A DNA stretch of 64,000 nt, taken from NCBI RefSeq assembly GCF_009914755.1, contig NC_060932.1; one strand, given 5' to 3'. The notes beneath the pieces were generated by a model, which made no database searches, was not told the origin of the DNA, and saw nothing but the letters and a program-made list of their open reading frames with translations. The DNA comes from the human T2T-CHM13v2.0 reference genome, Homo sapiens. Of this stretch, positions 1 to 19,677 are shown piece after piece. Made by a program: the position numbers and the translations under genes. Positions within the stretch are counted from its first letter, which is position 1; each line of letters starts with the position of its first letter.

Positions 1-422
1 GTGCATGAGCTGGGCTTACTGCAACCTCTGCCTCCCGGGCTCAAGTGATCCTCCCATGTCAGTGTTCTGAGTAGCTAGGACCACAGGCATGTGCCACCAC
101 GCCTGGCTAATTTAATTTTTTTTCTAGAGACAAGGTCTGTCTATGTTGCCGAGGCTGATTTCAAACTCATGGGCTCAAGATATCCTCCTGCGTCAGCCTC
201 CTAAAGTGCTGGGATTACAGGTGTGAAATCTTATTTAAAAAAAAAAAGTCACTTCATCAGGCTCAATGGCTCATGCCACTGTTGGGATTACAATCCCAAC
301 ACTTTGGGAGCCCAAGGCACAAGGATCACTTGAGCCCAGGAGTTTGAGACCAGCCTGGGCAACATAATGAGACTTTGTGTCTCCAAAAAAAAAATTAATT
401 ACTTGAGTGTGGTGGTACGTTA

Positions 423-572
<150 letters not shown>

Positions 573-1259
573 TTAAAAAAGCTATGTTTATTATATATAT
601 AGCCTTCTATCATAATTAGTTATTTAAATGCCTGTCTCACTCAAAAGAAATATATAAATACTGGAGGACAGGAATAAAAACTGTCCAGGAAGCAGGTTTT
701 ATTCTTCCATGATCTCTCACAGTGCAATACATATTTGTTGAAATATATAAACAGAAGGACCACAAGAAGTATCATACATTTCTATAGTTTATTCATTTTC
801 AAAACTCGGCACAAGATTTCCAATAGAAACTCTTTTAAATTAGTGGTTCAATTTTCAAGCTAGTGGTCCAAACTGATAAAAATGGAGGTTTAGTCACCAA
901 ACCTACAATACTGGAAGTTGAATTTTTAATGCTATATTGGTATCTCTTCTAGAAAGTGAGGTCTAGGAGAGCAGGAAGCATGTGTATCTTGGTTTATCAG
1001 TAAGGATACTTTTGCTACAAGCAACAGGAATCAGCTCTGGGGAGCCTGATGTGTAGAGTTTGGTCAATAAAGCAGTATGACAGAGGAGCACAGAGTATAC
1101 TGTAGGACAAGATGGGGAAGGGAGATAGAAGATTTCAAAGAGATTGTTTCATTTAAGGTGAATCTTAGAGAACAAGCACATTTCCAGGCAGACAAGAAGA
1201 GAAAGGATCATTCAAATGGAAGTTAGAGCCCGTGCAAACAAAGGCTGGGAAATGTGAGA

Positions 1260-1614
1260 TGTCTTAGTCCACTTGGGCTGTTAAAACAAAATACACTAGA
1301 CCAGGTAATTTACAAACAACAGAATTGATTGCTCACAATTCTGGACGTTGGGAAGTCCAAGATCAAGACACTGGTAGATTTGGTATCTGGTGAAAGCCCG
1401 TTCCTCATAGACAGCATCTTCTTGCTGTGTCCTCACGTGGCAGAAGGGGCAAACAAGCTCTCTTGGGCCTCTTTTATAAGGGCACTCAACTCATTTATGA
1501 GGGTGAAGCCCTCATGACCTAATTACCTCCCAATGGCCCCATCCCTAATACTATTATATTAGGGATTAAGTTTCAACATATGAATTTTGGGGAGAACAAA
1601 CATTCAGCCTATAC
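1260..1614 (-). mobile_element. MLT1A-type MaLR solo LTR
   Basis: tgtcttagtcca...gggaagtccaagatcaag...ccctcatgacctaattacctccc...acattcagcctata. Accounts for ORF 1329-1517. Confidence 0.8.
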
Positions 1615-1905
1615 GAAGAGGTTATTTGAGGCATCCAGTGAATGGCTGTAGTTTAGTACAGTAGGAAATAAAAATTTTTAGTATTCATTCATTGATTCAC
1701 ATGTTAAATATTTATTGTTTGCTATGTAACTAGTATAGTAGATGCTCTCAAAAAATTAATTGACTACTTAAAAATAATTGTTTTTGAGACAGTCTCACTC
1801 TGTCACCTAGGCTGGAGTGCAGTAGCATGATCTCAGCTCACTGAAACCTCCACCTCCTGGGTTCAAGCAATTCTCCTGTCTCAGCCTCCCGAGTAGCTAG
1901 GACTA

Positions 1906-2196
<291 letters not shown>

Positions 2197-2708
2197 TCAC
2201 AGAAACAAAAAAAAGTTGTTTAGAAGAGAGATAACACAGGCATTAACTGAAAAAAAAAATGTAGTTAGAGGGACTGATTCCAGAAATATTCAAAAGGTAA
2301 TTGACAGACTTGAAATCTCTTGGCTGTGGGAACTGAGGGAGAGGTAGCACAGTCTAAGATAAGAGCTAAATCACTGGATAATTGGCACTATCTAAGATGA
2401 GGGAAGGAGCAGTTTTGGGAAAAGATAATGTGGCACCTCCAGGAGGATATGTCTGCAGTCAGATCTAGAGCTCAGGAGATAAGGATGTAGGAGTCAGCCT
2501 GAGCCGGTAATTAAAGGAATGGAAGCAGATGAAATTGCCTGGGAGAGTACGTAGAATGAGAAAGAAAGGAAAGAGCCTAAAATAGAAGTTTGATGTTTAG
2601 CCAAGTCTCCAATGAACCACACCTCCCACTATTTGTGCCATTCCCTTTCCCTCCCACATTGAGTCTGGGCTAGCAATGTTTTTTTGGTTTTTGTTTTTTT
2701 GTTTTTTC

Positions 2709-2872
2709 CTTCCTTCCTTCCTTCCTTCCTTCCTTCCTTCCTTCCTTCCTTCCTTCCTTCCCTCCCTCCCTCCCTCCCTCTCTTCCTTCCTCCCTCCCTC
2801 CCTTCTTTCCTTCCTTCCTTCCTCCCTCCCTCTCTCTCTCTCTCTTTCTTTCTTTCTTTTTCCTTCTTTTTT
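2709..2872 (+). repeat. (CCTT)n/(CCCT)n/(CT)n polypyrimidine tract from an Alu tail
   Basis: Seen directly. Confidence 0.97.
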
Positions 2873-4005
2873 TGACAAGGTCTTGCTCTCTAGAGTGCAG
2901 TGGCATGATCACAGCTCACTGCAGCCTCAACCTCCAGGGCCCAAGCAATCCTTCCACCTCAAACACTAGAGTAGCTGGGACCACAGGACCACAGGTGTGT
3001 ATTACCATGCCTGGTTAATATTTTTTAAATTTTTTGTAAAGAAGAAGTCTCCCAGCCAGATGCAGTGTCTCACACCTGTAATCCCAACACTTCGGGAGGC
3101 CAAGACGGGCGGATCACTTGAGGTAAGAAGTTCGAGACCAGGCTGGGCAACATGGTGCAACCCTGTCTCTACTAAAAATACAAAAATTAGCCAGGTGTGG
3201 TGGCATGCCCCTGTAGTCCCAGCTACTCGGGAAGCTGAGGCAGAGAACTGCTTGAACCCAGGAGGCAGAGCTTGCAGTGAGCCAAGATTGAGCCACTGCA
3301 TTCCAGCCTGGGTGACAGAGCAAGACTCCATCTCAAAAAAAAAAAAAAAAAAAAAAAAAAGAAGGGATCTCCCTACATGGCCCAGGCTGGTCTCAAACTC
3401 CTCAACTAAAGTGATCCTTCCACCTTGGCCTCTCAAAGTGCCAGGATTACAGTCATAAGCCACCCTGCCAGGTTGGCTGGCAATGTTTTGTATTTTTATT
3501 GTGATAATCGTTACAAGACCACACACATTTAAAAACCTTAACAAATGGTACACCTAAAATGGTATATTTATATGTCAATTATACTTCAATAAACCTGAGT
3601 TTTATAACAAGGAGGAATAAAGCAAATGAAAAATTATATAATATTCTCATTCTATTATAGCCAATGACCTTGAGAACTAGAATGAAAGTATCAGTATGAC
3701 TTAAGATGTACTTTATTAAAAAGAAAAAAGAGGCCGGGTGCGGTGGCTCATGCCTGTAATTCTAACACTTTGGGAGGCTGAGGTGGGTGGATAACTTGAG
3801 GTCAAGAATTCAAGACCAGCCTGGCCAACATAGTGAAACCCTGTCTCTACTAAAAATACAAAAATTAGCTGGGCGTGGTGGCATGTGCCTGTAGTCCCAG
3901 CTACTCAGGAGGCTGAGGCTGGAAAATTGCTTGGACCTGGGAGGTGGAAGTTGCAGTTAGTCAAGATCATGCCACTGCACTTCAAGCTGGGTGACAGAGC
4001 AAGAC

Positions 4006-4006
4006 A

Positions 4007-4042
<36 letters not shown>

Positions 4043-4046
4043 AGGA

Positions 4047-4102
<56 letters not shown>

Positions 4103-4240
4103 GAAAGAAAGAGAGAGAGAGAGAGAGAGAAAGAAAGAAAGGAAAGAAAGAAAAGAAGAAAGAAAAAGAAGGAAAGAAAGAAAGAAAGAAGAGAAAGAGA
4201 GAGAGAAAGAAAGAAAGGAAGGAAGGAAGGAAGGGAGAAA
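4006..4240 (+). repeat. (GAAA)n/(GA)n/(GGAA)n polypurine tract from an Alu tail
   Basis: Seen directly. Confidence 0.97.
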
Positions 4241-4292
4241 CAATGACCAATCCAATAGCAATAAACAACTCTAACATCCAAACGGTGGTCTT

Positions 4293-4758
4293 GGCCGCCC
4301 ATCAAAAATTGGGCTAAGGACATGAATAGAGAACTCTCAAAAGAAGATACACAAATGGCCAACAAACATGAAAAAATGCTCAACATCACTAATGATCAGG
4401 GAAATGCAGACCAAAACCACAATGCGATACCACCTCACTCATGCAGGAATTGCCATAATCAAAAATAAAAAAAATAATAGATGGTGATGTGGATGCGGTG
4501 AACAGGGAACTTCTACACTGCTGGTGGGAATGTAAACTAGTACAACCACTATGGAAAACAGTGTGGAGATTCCTTAAAGAACTAAAAGTAGAACTACCAT
4601 TTGATCCAGCAATCCCACCACTGGGTATCTACCCAGTGGAAAAGAAGTCATTATAAGAAAAAGATACTTGCACACGCATGTTTATAGCAGCACAATTAAC
4701 AATTGCAAAAATGTAGAACCAACCCAAATGCCCATCAATTGAGTGGATAAAGAAACTG

Positions 4759-4810
<52 letters not shown>

Positions 4811-5217
4811 CTATATATATTATATATATATATATATATGATGGAATACTACTAAGCCATAGAAAGGAATGAATTAATGGCATTTGCAGCAATCTAGATG
4901 AGACTGGAGACTATTATTCTAAGTGAAGCAACTCAGGAATGGAAAACCAAACATCATGTATCATCATATGTTCTCACTCATAAGTAGGAGCTAAGCTATG
5001 AGGATGTGAAGTCATGAGAATGACACAGTGGACTTTTGGGACTCAGAGGGAAAGGGTGGGAAGGAGTTGAGGGATAAAAGACTACAAATTGGGTGCAGTG
5101 TATACTGCTCAGGCGATGGGTGCACCAAAATCTCACAAATCACCACTAAAGAACTTACTCATGTAACCAAACCTGTTCCCAAATAACCTATGGAAATAAA
5201 AAAATTTAAAAAAACAA
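4293..5217 (+). mobile_element. 5'-truncated L1 (L1PB-like), ORF2 C-terminal region and 3' UTR
   Basis: L1 motifs caacatcactaatgatcagggaaatgca and ggtgggaatgtaaactagtacaaccactatggaaaacag. A-rich tail. TSD aaac(g/t)gtggtctt. Internal (TA)n at 4760-4838. Confidence 0.9.
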
Positions 5218-5529
5218 AACTGTGGTCTTAGAATACCATTTCCCGCTGAAAGAACACAAAACTTTTTTGGGGAAAAAAAAGCTGGGGATCAAGGCAGGAA
5301 CTGTATAAGATGAATCATGTCATACCAGAGAAGGGGAAAAAAATCTACCAAAAACTGATAGACGCTGGGTGTGATAGCTCATGCCTATAATCCCAGCACT
5401 TTGGGAGGCTGAGGCAGGAGGATCACTTGAGGCCAGGAGTTTGAGACAAGCCTGGTCAACATAGCAGGACTGTCTCATTTAAAGAAACAAAACAAAAAAT
5501 GGGTAGAATGATGTTAAAAGGATTTGGGA

Positions 5530-5941
5530 TCAATGGCAGACTAGATAAAGAAAATGTGGTACATATACATCATGGACTGCTATGCAGCCTTAAAAAATAA
5601 TGAGATCATGTGCTTTGCGCAATAGGATAGAGCTGGAGGCCATTATCATAAGCAAACTAACACAGACACAGAAAACCAAATACCACATGCTCTCACTCAT
5701 AAGTGGTAGCTAAATAACAAGAACACGTGGGTATTAGGAGGGGAACAACAGACACTAGGACCTCCTTGAGGGTGGAGGGTGGGAGCAGGGAGAGGATCAG
5801 AAAAAATATCTATCAGGTACTATGCTTATTACCTGGGTGACTAAATTATCTGTACATCAAACACCTGTGACATGCAGTTTACCTATATAATAAACCTGCA
5901 CGTGTACCCCTGAACCTAAAATAAAACTTAAAAAAAAAAAA
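5530..5941 (+). mobile_element. L1PA15/16-like 3' end
   Basis: gataaagaaaatgtggtacatatac...aacctgcacgtgtacccctgaacctaaaataaaa plus poly(A). TSD aaaaggatttg. Confidence 0.85.
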
Positions 5942-6158
5942 GGATTTGATAGCTAATTTGAAGATGTTGCCATTGGCCATTGATGAAACAACTTGACTGT
6001 CAATAAAAATTAAAATATGGCCAGGCGCGGTGGCTCACACCTGAAATCTCAGCACTGTGGGAGGCTGAGGCAGGCAGATCACTTGACATCAGGAGTTCAA
6101 GACCAGCCTGGCCAACATGGTGAAAGCCTACCTCTACTAAAAATCCAAAAATTGGTCA

Positions 6159-6278
<120 letters not shown>

Positions 6279-6319
6279 CTACAGAGTAAGACTCTGTCTC
6301 AAAAAAAAAAAAAAATGTT

Positions 6320-8120
<1,801 letters not shown>

Positions 8121-8704
8121 AAAAAATTTATACTTCCCACGAAGTTTGGGGGCTTGGAAAATTACATTATAAATCCCTTAGTTTGAGTCATTTTTATTAA
8201 TAGAAAACTAGTTTCTCTTCACCCTCACTAAGGAAATGTCGAACAAACACTGACAGTATAGCTGTTAACTAGAAGGGGTATCAAATTTTCAATCTGGGGC
8301 CAGGCACCGGGGCTCACACATGTAATCCCAAAACTTTGGGAGGTCTAGGTGGGTGGATCACCTGAGGTCAGGAGTGTGAGACCAGCCTGGCCAACATGGT
8401 GGAACCCTGTCTCTACTAGAACTATAAAAATTATCTGGGCGTGGTGGCAGGCCCCTGTAATCTCAGCTACTCCGGAGGCTGAGGCAGGAGAATTGCTTGA
8501 ACCCTGGAGGTGGAGGTTGCAGTGAGCTAGGATCATGCATGCCACTGCACTCCAGCCTGGGCAACAGAGTGAGGCTCTGTCTCATAAAAAACAAAAAACA
8601 AAAAAATTTCTGCCAGGTGCGGTGGCTCACGCCTGTAATCCCAGCATTTTGGGAGGCCAAGGCAGGAGGATCACGAGGTCAGGAAATCGAGACCATCCTG
8701 GCTA

Positions 8705-8954
<250 letters not shown>

Positions 8955-9821
8955 CTATGGAGAAAAGAAAGGAACATACCGTTGAGGGGGTGAGGTGGTG
9001 GAGAGTGTCGCTTGAATGCAGAAATACCTTGCCTTCACCATGCCACAGTTCTCTTTCTAGCCAGTTCTCCTGAACGCCCTTGAGTTAAGAGACTGTCCAC
9101 CATTTAAGTTCCTCCTGAAAGGGTAGCCAAGGAAGGAGGGAGCTGCTAGGCAAGTGCCGTCTTTCCAGTCAGAGATGTGTCTTACTGTATTATTTAACTT
9201 AATTATTATTTTTTATTGTTATTATTAATATTATTTTGGGATGGAGTCTTGCTCTGTCGCCCAGGCTGGAGTGCAGTGGCGTGACTTGGCTCACTGAAAC
9301 CTCCGCCCCTTGGGTTCAAGCCATTCTCCTGCCTCAGCCTCTGGAGTAGCTGAGATTACAGGCATACACCACCATGCCTGGCTAATTTTGTATTTTTAGT
9401 AGAGACGGGGTTTCACCATATTAGCCAGGCTGGTCTCAAACTCCTGATCTCGTGATCCACCCGCCTCAGCCACCCAAAGTGCTGGGATTACAGGCGTGAG
9501 CCACTGCGCACAGCAATTATTATTATTATTAGAGACAGAGCCTCACTCCAGTTGTCTATTATGGAGTGCAGTGGTATGGTCTCAGCTCACTGTGGCCTCG
9601 ACTTTCCCAGTTCAAGCGATCCTTTGACCTCAGCCTCCCAAGTAGCTAGGACTACAGGCATGCACCACCACACCCGGCGAATTTTTTAAACTTTTTGTCG
9701 AGACCGGGTTTCACCATGTTGCCCAGGCTGGGCTCGAACTCCTGGGCTTAAGCAATCCTCCGGCCTCCGCCTCCCGGCGTGAGCCCCCACGACCGGCCAT
9801 GTTTATTGTTATTATTTTTAG

Positions 9822-10002
<181 letters not shown>

Positions 10003-10774
10003 AATTGTGGCAGCAGCAACTGTGAAATGTTTCCAGAAATGGAGACGCTGGAGGTTGAATTAGGCATCTCGCCAACTAAAAAGCAAGAAAAAATACGGGC
10101 CAGAAAAGGTACGGGAAGCAAGGGCTGGGCACAGCTGGTAGGCGGAATAAGGGTGTGGACAGACCTGGAGCTGAGGTGGCAGCAGGCTACTGAAGACTGC
10201 TGAGCTGCCGCATGAAAGAAACTCAGCCCCCACTCCCACTTCCCCCACACCCTCCCCACCCCCGACCCTGATTTTGCCTCTGACAAGGATATCCAAGGTG
10301 TGGCTACTGCAAAATAGGATCTGTAAGCCTGGACGTTTACACATCTCTTAGAGCCGGGTGAATCCACCCAGTGAAGAACAGTCTACGGAGGGATCCTCCC
10401 AGGAAAGTTGGAGGGAGACCAGAAGCAAGTACAGACAGAAAATGGGGGTGGCCTGTAGAAATGGAGGTATGATTTTTCAGGGGAGTGGTGGAGAAATTCT
10501 CCTCAGTCAGTAAATTAATGTCCAAAATCTTACCAGGCTGCGCTTTCCTTACCTTAAAGCTTTGATCCCAGTTAAAATGAAATGCGCAAGAAAAATGGAA
10601 TACTGGCCGGGCACGGTGGCTCACGCCTGTAATCCCAGCACTCTGGGAGGCCGAATGGATCACCTAAGGTCAGGAATTCGAGACCAGCCTGACCAACATG
10701 GAGAAACCCCGTCTCTACTAAAAATACAAAATTAGCCGGGCATGGTGGCGCATGCCTGTAATCCCAGCTACTCA

Positions 10775-10879
<105 letters not shown>

Positions 10880-11078
10880 TCAAAAAAAAAAGAAAAGAAA
10901 AGAAAAATGGAATACTTGGAGTCACGTATGCTGTGGTGTGAATGACTGATTTATTAAATACATGTTAATAGAGCATGTGCTTTGTGGAGATGGGGTTTGA
11001 TGCTAGTGGGGCTAGACCAACAATAAATAAGCAAACAAATACATAAGTAAAAAATCTCAGGCCAGGCGCGGTGGCTCA

Positions 11079-11396
<318 letters not shown>

Positions 11397-12414
11397 TCAG
11401 GTGACAAGAAAGAAGAGAGTCTTTCTTGTTGGTTGGAGGACTCTTCAGATTAGAAGCTCAGGAAAAGTCTCTCTCAGGAAGGGTGATGTTTGAGCCAAGG
11501 CTCGACAACCTTGAAATGCCACGGAGTCTGCAAAGCAATGATCTGTGGGAAGAGGAGCCAGCATTGTGGGGGCTCAGAGATATATTGTTTAGACTTTGTA
11601 GGCTTCAAAATAAGGGGCTGGGCTGGGCACAATGGCTCATGCCTGTAATCTCAGTACTTTGGGAGGCTGAGGCTACAGGAGTGCTCGAGCCCAGGAGTTC
11701 AAGACCAGCCTGGGCAACATAGCAAGACCTTGTCTCTATGAAAAGAATTTTTTTAAATTTAAAATAAAAAATAAAAAACAAAAACAAAATAAGGGGCTGT
11801 ATCTTATTCTATTTGCTATGCAAAGTCGTTAGAGGGATTTAAACAAGAGAGTGGTCTGACCTCATTTATATTTTTTTTCTTTTTTAAGAGACAGTGTGTT
11901 GCTCTGCCTACTCAGCCTGAAATGCACTGGCACAATCATGGTTCACTGCAGCCTCCATCTCTCTGGCTCAAGCAATCCTCCTGTCTCAGCCTCCTGAGTG
12001 GCTGGGACTACAGATAGGCACCACTACACCCTGTTGCCCAGGCTGGTCTTGAACCCCTGGCTTCAAGCAGTCTCCCTCTTTGGCCTTCCAAAGTGCTGGG
12101 ATTACAGGTGTGAGCCACCACACCCAGACTACATTTTAAATAGTGCTCAGTGGAGCATCAGCTCTAAGGAGGCAAGAATGGAAGCAGAGAAACCGATTAG
12201 GGAACAGTTGCAATAGTTTTAATGAAAGATGATGGTGGCATGGACTCGAGAAGTAGCAGAAAGATGGTGAGAAGTGGAAGGAAGATAAGAGCTACATTTT
12301 TCTCTTGAACAACTGCCTGGATGGTGGCGCTGTTCAATTAAATGAGGAAGACTGTAGAACCAGGCTGGTGGTGTCGATGGGGGAAACAAGAGTTCTATTT
12401 TTGGGCTGGGCCTA

Positions 12415-12519
<105 letters not shown>

Positions 12520-15489
12520 TTAAAAAAAAAAGAAGTTCTATATTTGTTGTCGTGTTTTTTTGTTGTTGTCTTTTGTGTGTGTGTGTGTGTGTGTGTCTTT
12601 TTTCTGGAGACAGTCTCACTCTGTCACCCTGGCTTGAGTGCAGTGGTGGGATTAGGGTTGACTGCAGCCTCGACCTCCTGGGTTCAAGCAATCCTCCCAC
12701 CTCAGCCTCCCAAGTAACTGTGACTATAGGCGCATGCCAACATGCCTGCTGATTTTGTTGGTTTTAGTAGAGACGGTGTTTCACAATGTTGCCAGGGCTG
12801 GTCTCGAACTCCTGGGCTCAAGCAATCCATTTGCCTCAGCCTCCCAACTTGCTAGGATTATAGCACTTTGCCAGAAGCCACCATACCTGGCCAAGGGTTC
12901 TATTTTGAACTTGATGAATTTGAAATGCTGAGTAGATATCCAAGGGAGATGTCAAGCAGGCAGCTCCGGAAGAGGTAGAACTGTAAATGCTGTTAGCATA
13001 TGGATAGTATTTAAAGCCAGCTACCTAAACAGGAGCACCTAGGAACAGAGTACAGACAAAGCAGAAGAGAGCCCAGCCAGGGCTCCAGGATCCAGGACCC
13101 TGAAGAGTGAGGCAGGGGAGGTGGGGCCAGTAAAGGAGCTGAGAAAAAAGAATTTGAGAGATAGGAGAGTCTAACATTTCAGAAATAAGGGTTGAAGGTA
13201 TTTCAGGTCAAGAGGTTATGGTCAACAAAGTCAAATGCTGCTGCGCTGTTAAGAGGAGAGAGAGAAGTGATCATGACGTTGACAAGGGTGGTTCCAGGGA
13301 GGAAGGAAGTTGAAAACCCAGTGGAACTAGGTTTTGATAGAAAGGAAAACTTCCATAAGGACAGATTTTACAGGAAAGAGAAATACCCAGATATGTCAGG
13401 AAAAGTCCATGAGAGGGCACTGAAGAAAAATCTCAAATAGAAGTTTCCAACCTGGCCGACATCAGAATGACCCAATGAACTTTAAAAAACAAAAACAAAA
13501 AACAGTTTCCTGGTCCTATGCCAAACCTATTAAATTAGTACGAGAGAAAATTGGAATCTATATTGGAATTCTCAGATAATTCTGGTTTACCTGAATTCGA
13601 GTAGAAGATGAACCCATGAGGCAGAGGTTGCAGTGAGCCGAGATCATGCCACTGCATTCCAGCCTGGGCAATAGAGTGAGACTCAGTCTCAGAAGAAAAA
13701 AAGATGAACTGGGCAGAAACATTCCCACCAGTACCTTCTCCTTGTTTGAGAAAAGAAAAAAGGTTAATAAGTAGAATTTTCTGATTTTAAGTTTATCTCC
13801 CCTAAATTTTTTCTTCAATCTTTAGAAGTTATCACTTGTCTTCTAGTGAGCTCTAGTAGGACGTAAAATGAATATTTACAGAAAAACTCAAAAAGAGATA
13901 ACCACACTTAGACATCCTGCTCTTTTTCACGGATATGTGTGTTTGTGAATGTGATTTTAGGCTGCGCACACAGAATTAGAGGGATTTTTTTTTCTGCCTT
14001 ATAAATTGGTTTTGTATGTAATAATGGAGTTGTTTTGATCAATTTGGATGCTGTTGTGCAAATCGCACAGAGTATCCTGCAATCAGAATGGGTTTGAGAA
14101 TAATTGAAAAGAGCCCTGAAAGCTTCATGCTTTCTCTCTCTCTCTCTCTCTGCGGCAAGTAAGCAGTTTCCTCAAGGGAGGCCTGAAAGTCAAATCCCTA
14201 TTCCCCTTCGGTTTAGCTGGCTGGAAGAAAATCCCAAAATGGGAATAATTTGATATGTCTGGAAGAAGCAGGGAAAACAAAATTTAAAACAGGAGCTTCC
14301 TTTATGGGAGGACCCATAATAAGGCCATTATCATAACATTCTACATGTGTTGTGCACAGTTCACAACGCATCATTATGCTTATCATCTCATTTGATCTTT
14401 ATATCAATCCTGGGGAAAACTATACTATTGTCAATTTCCCATCATTAAAACAACAACAACAGCCAGGTGCAATGGCTCATGCCTGTAATCCCAGCACTTT
14501 GGGAGGCTGAGGCAGGTGGATCACTTGAGGTCAAGAGTTCCAGATCAGCCTGGCCAACATGGTAGAATTCTGTCTCTATTAAAAATACAAAAATTAGCCG
14601 GGCGCAGTGGCTCACGCCTGTAATCCCAGCACTTTGGGAGGCTGAGGCGGGCAGATCACCTGAGGTTGGGAGTTCGAGACCACCCTGACTGACCAACATG
14701 GAGAAACCCCGTCTCTACTAAAAATACAAAATTAGCCGGTTGTGGTGGCACGCACCTGTAATCCTAGCTGCTTGGGAAGCTGAGGCAGGAGAATCGCTTG
14801 AACCCAGGAGGCAGAGGTTGCAGTGAGCCGGAGATTGCGCCATTGCACTCCAGTCTGGGCAACAAGAGCAAATCTCCGTCTCAAAAATAATGATAATAAT
14901 ACAAAAATTAGCCAGGCATGGTGGTGCATGCCTGTAGTCTCAGCTACTCCGGAGGCTGAGGCAGGAAAATCACTTAAACTCAGGAGGTGGAGGTTTCAGT
15001 GAGCCAAGATTGCACCACTGCACTCCAGCCTGGGATACAGCCTCCGTCTCAAAACAAAACAAAACAAAAAAACAACAAACAGATGAATAAATGGAGGCTT
15101 AGGTGGGTTAAGGTAATTTCAAAGGCCCTACAAGTAGAAAAGCACAAACTCCAAAGGTAGTTGTTTACAATCACAGAATAAAAAAGTGAATGAGGGCCAG
15201 GCACCATGGCTCACGCCTGCAATCCCTACACTTTGGGAGGCTGAGGTGGGAAGATCACTTGAGCTCAGGAGCCCAGAGACCAGCCTGGGCAACATGGCAA
15301 AAACCCATCTCTACTAAAAATACAAAAATTAGCAGGGTATGGTGACACACACCCATAGTCCCAGCTACTCATGGGGGGCTGAGGTGGGAGAATTGCTCTG
15401 GCCCAGGAGGTTGAGGCTACAGTGATCTGTGATCACACCACTGCACTCCAGCCTGGTCAACAGAGCTAGACCCTGTCTCAAAAAAAAAG

Positions 15490-16352
<863 letters not shown>

Positions 16353-16425
16353 TTAAAAAAATGAATAAGTCAGGTTGTATCTCTGGCTCCTGGTTCTTGC
16401 CTGTGCATTATAAACTTTCCAAAGG

Positions 16426-16783
16426 TGATATGGTTTGGCTGTGTCCCCACACAAATCTAAACTTGAATTGTATCTCCCAGAATTCCCACATGTTGTGAGA
16501 GGCACCCAGGGGGAGGTAACTGAATCCTGGCAGCCAGTCTTTCCTGTGCTATTCTCGTGATAGTGAATACGTCTCATGAGATCTGATGGGTTTATCAAGG
16601 GTTTCTGCTTTTGCTTCTTTCTCATTTTCTCTTGCCGCCGCCATGTAAGAAGTGCCTTTCACTGCCCGCCAAGATTCTGAGACCTCTCCAGCCATGTGGA
16701 ACTGTAAGCCCAATTAAACCTCTTTTTCTTCCCAGTCTTGGGTATGTCTTTATCAGCAGTGTGTGTGAAAACAAACTAATACA
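16426..16783 (+). mobile_element. THE1A-like solo LTR (ERVL-MaLR)
   Basis: Termini tgatatggtttggctgtgtcccc and aactaataca. 5-bp TSD AAAGG/AGAGG. Confidence 0.9.
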
Positions 16784-17086
16784 AGAGGGTAATGAAAAAA
16801 GATCCGGCCTTGCTCTTACAGTCCCCAGGTTGACTCACTGTGCTTTGAGTGAGTTAGAAATGGAGTATATCTATATTTGACCCTGGAAGGTTTAATTAAA
16901 TCAGCCAAGCAACGCATTCCCCAAAATGAAATCTCAAGAGTGTCTCCTACCTTGAGAGGCAGTAGAACCTAAATTCTACACTGAACATTGCAACATTTTT
17001 ATATTTCTGAGCCAAAAATTCCAACACAGACCACCATGAGTTTTCCCTGACTCTTTTGGACTAGCTATTGATGGGGGACAGTATTA

Positions 17087-17543
<457 letters not shown>

Positions 17544-17849
17544 TTATGCATTCCACACCTCAGATTTTATTGCCCTTTTCCTTCTCTCTTCTTGTCACAT
17601 ACTTTTGGTTGCTTCTCTCCCCCACCTTCTTTTCTGTCCCTTTCTCTTGATTTTTCTTCTTTTTAAAAAATTTTTTATTTTTATTTTTGAGACTGAGTCT
17701 TACTCTGTTGCCCAGGCTGAGTGCAGTGGCAAATCATGGCTTACTGCAACCTCCACCTCCCAGGCTCAAGGGATCCTTCCACCTAGGCCTCCCGAGTAGC
17801 TGGGACTACAGGCACATACCACCACGCCCAGCTAATTTTTGTATTTTGA

Positions 17850-17999
<150 letters not shown>

Positions 18000-18180
18000 T
18001 GATCACATTTTAATTAATACACAATCTTTTTATTTTATTCTATTTTATTTATTTATTTATTTATTTAGAGATGGAGTCTCATTCTGTCATCCAGGCTGGA
18101 GTGCAGTGCCTCAATCTCAGCTCACAGCAAACTCCACCTCCTGGGTTCAAGTGATTCTCCTGCCTCAGCCTCCTGAGTAG

Positions 18181-18378
<198 letters not shown>

Positions 18379-18381
18379 TGA

Positions 18382-18712
<331 letters not shown>

Positions 18713-18867
18713 TAAGAAATGAGGTCTTGGCTGGGCACAGTGGCTCATGCCTGTAATCTCAGCACTTTGGGAGGCCGAGACGGGCCAATCACCTGAGGTC
18801 GGGAGTTTGAGACCAGCCTGACCAACATGGAGAAACCCCATCTCTACTAAAAATACAAAATTAGCTA

Positions 18868-19008
<141 letters not shown>

Positions 19009-19476
19009 TCAAAAGAAAAAAAAAAGAAAAAAGAAATGAGTCCTTACTATGTTGTCCAGGCTTGTCTAGAAAACCTGAGTTCAAGCAATCCAGCCACCCT
19101 AGCCTCCCAAAGTGCTGGGATCACAGGCGTGAACTACCACATTCAGGCCAATAAAGCAATTATTTATTTATTTATTTTTGAGACAGAGTCTCGCTCTGTT
19201 GCTCAGGGTGGAGTGCAGTGGCGTGATCTCGGCTCACTGCAACCTGTGCCTCCTGGGTTCAAGCTATTCTCCTGCCTCGGTCTCCTGAATAGCTGGAATT
19301 ACAGGTGCCCACCACCACGCCCAGCTAATTTTTGTATTTTTAGCAGAGACGAGGTTTCACCATTTTGGTCAGGCTGGTCTCGAACCCCTGACCTGAAGTG
19401 ATCTGCCTGCCTTGGCCTCCCAAAGTGCTTGGATTACAGGTGTGAGCCACTGTGCCTGGCCAATACACAATTTTTA

Positions 19477-19677
<201 letters not shown>

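Noticed and set aside
2597-4389. K/E/R-rich and F/L/S-rich ORFs
   Set aside because: Read-through of GAAA and CCTT microsatellites that lack stop codons.
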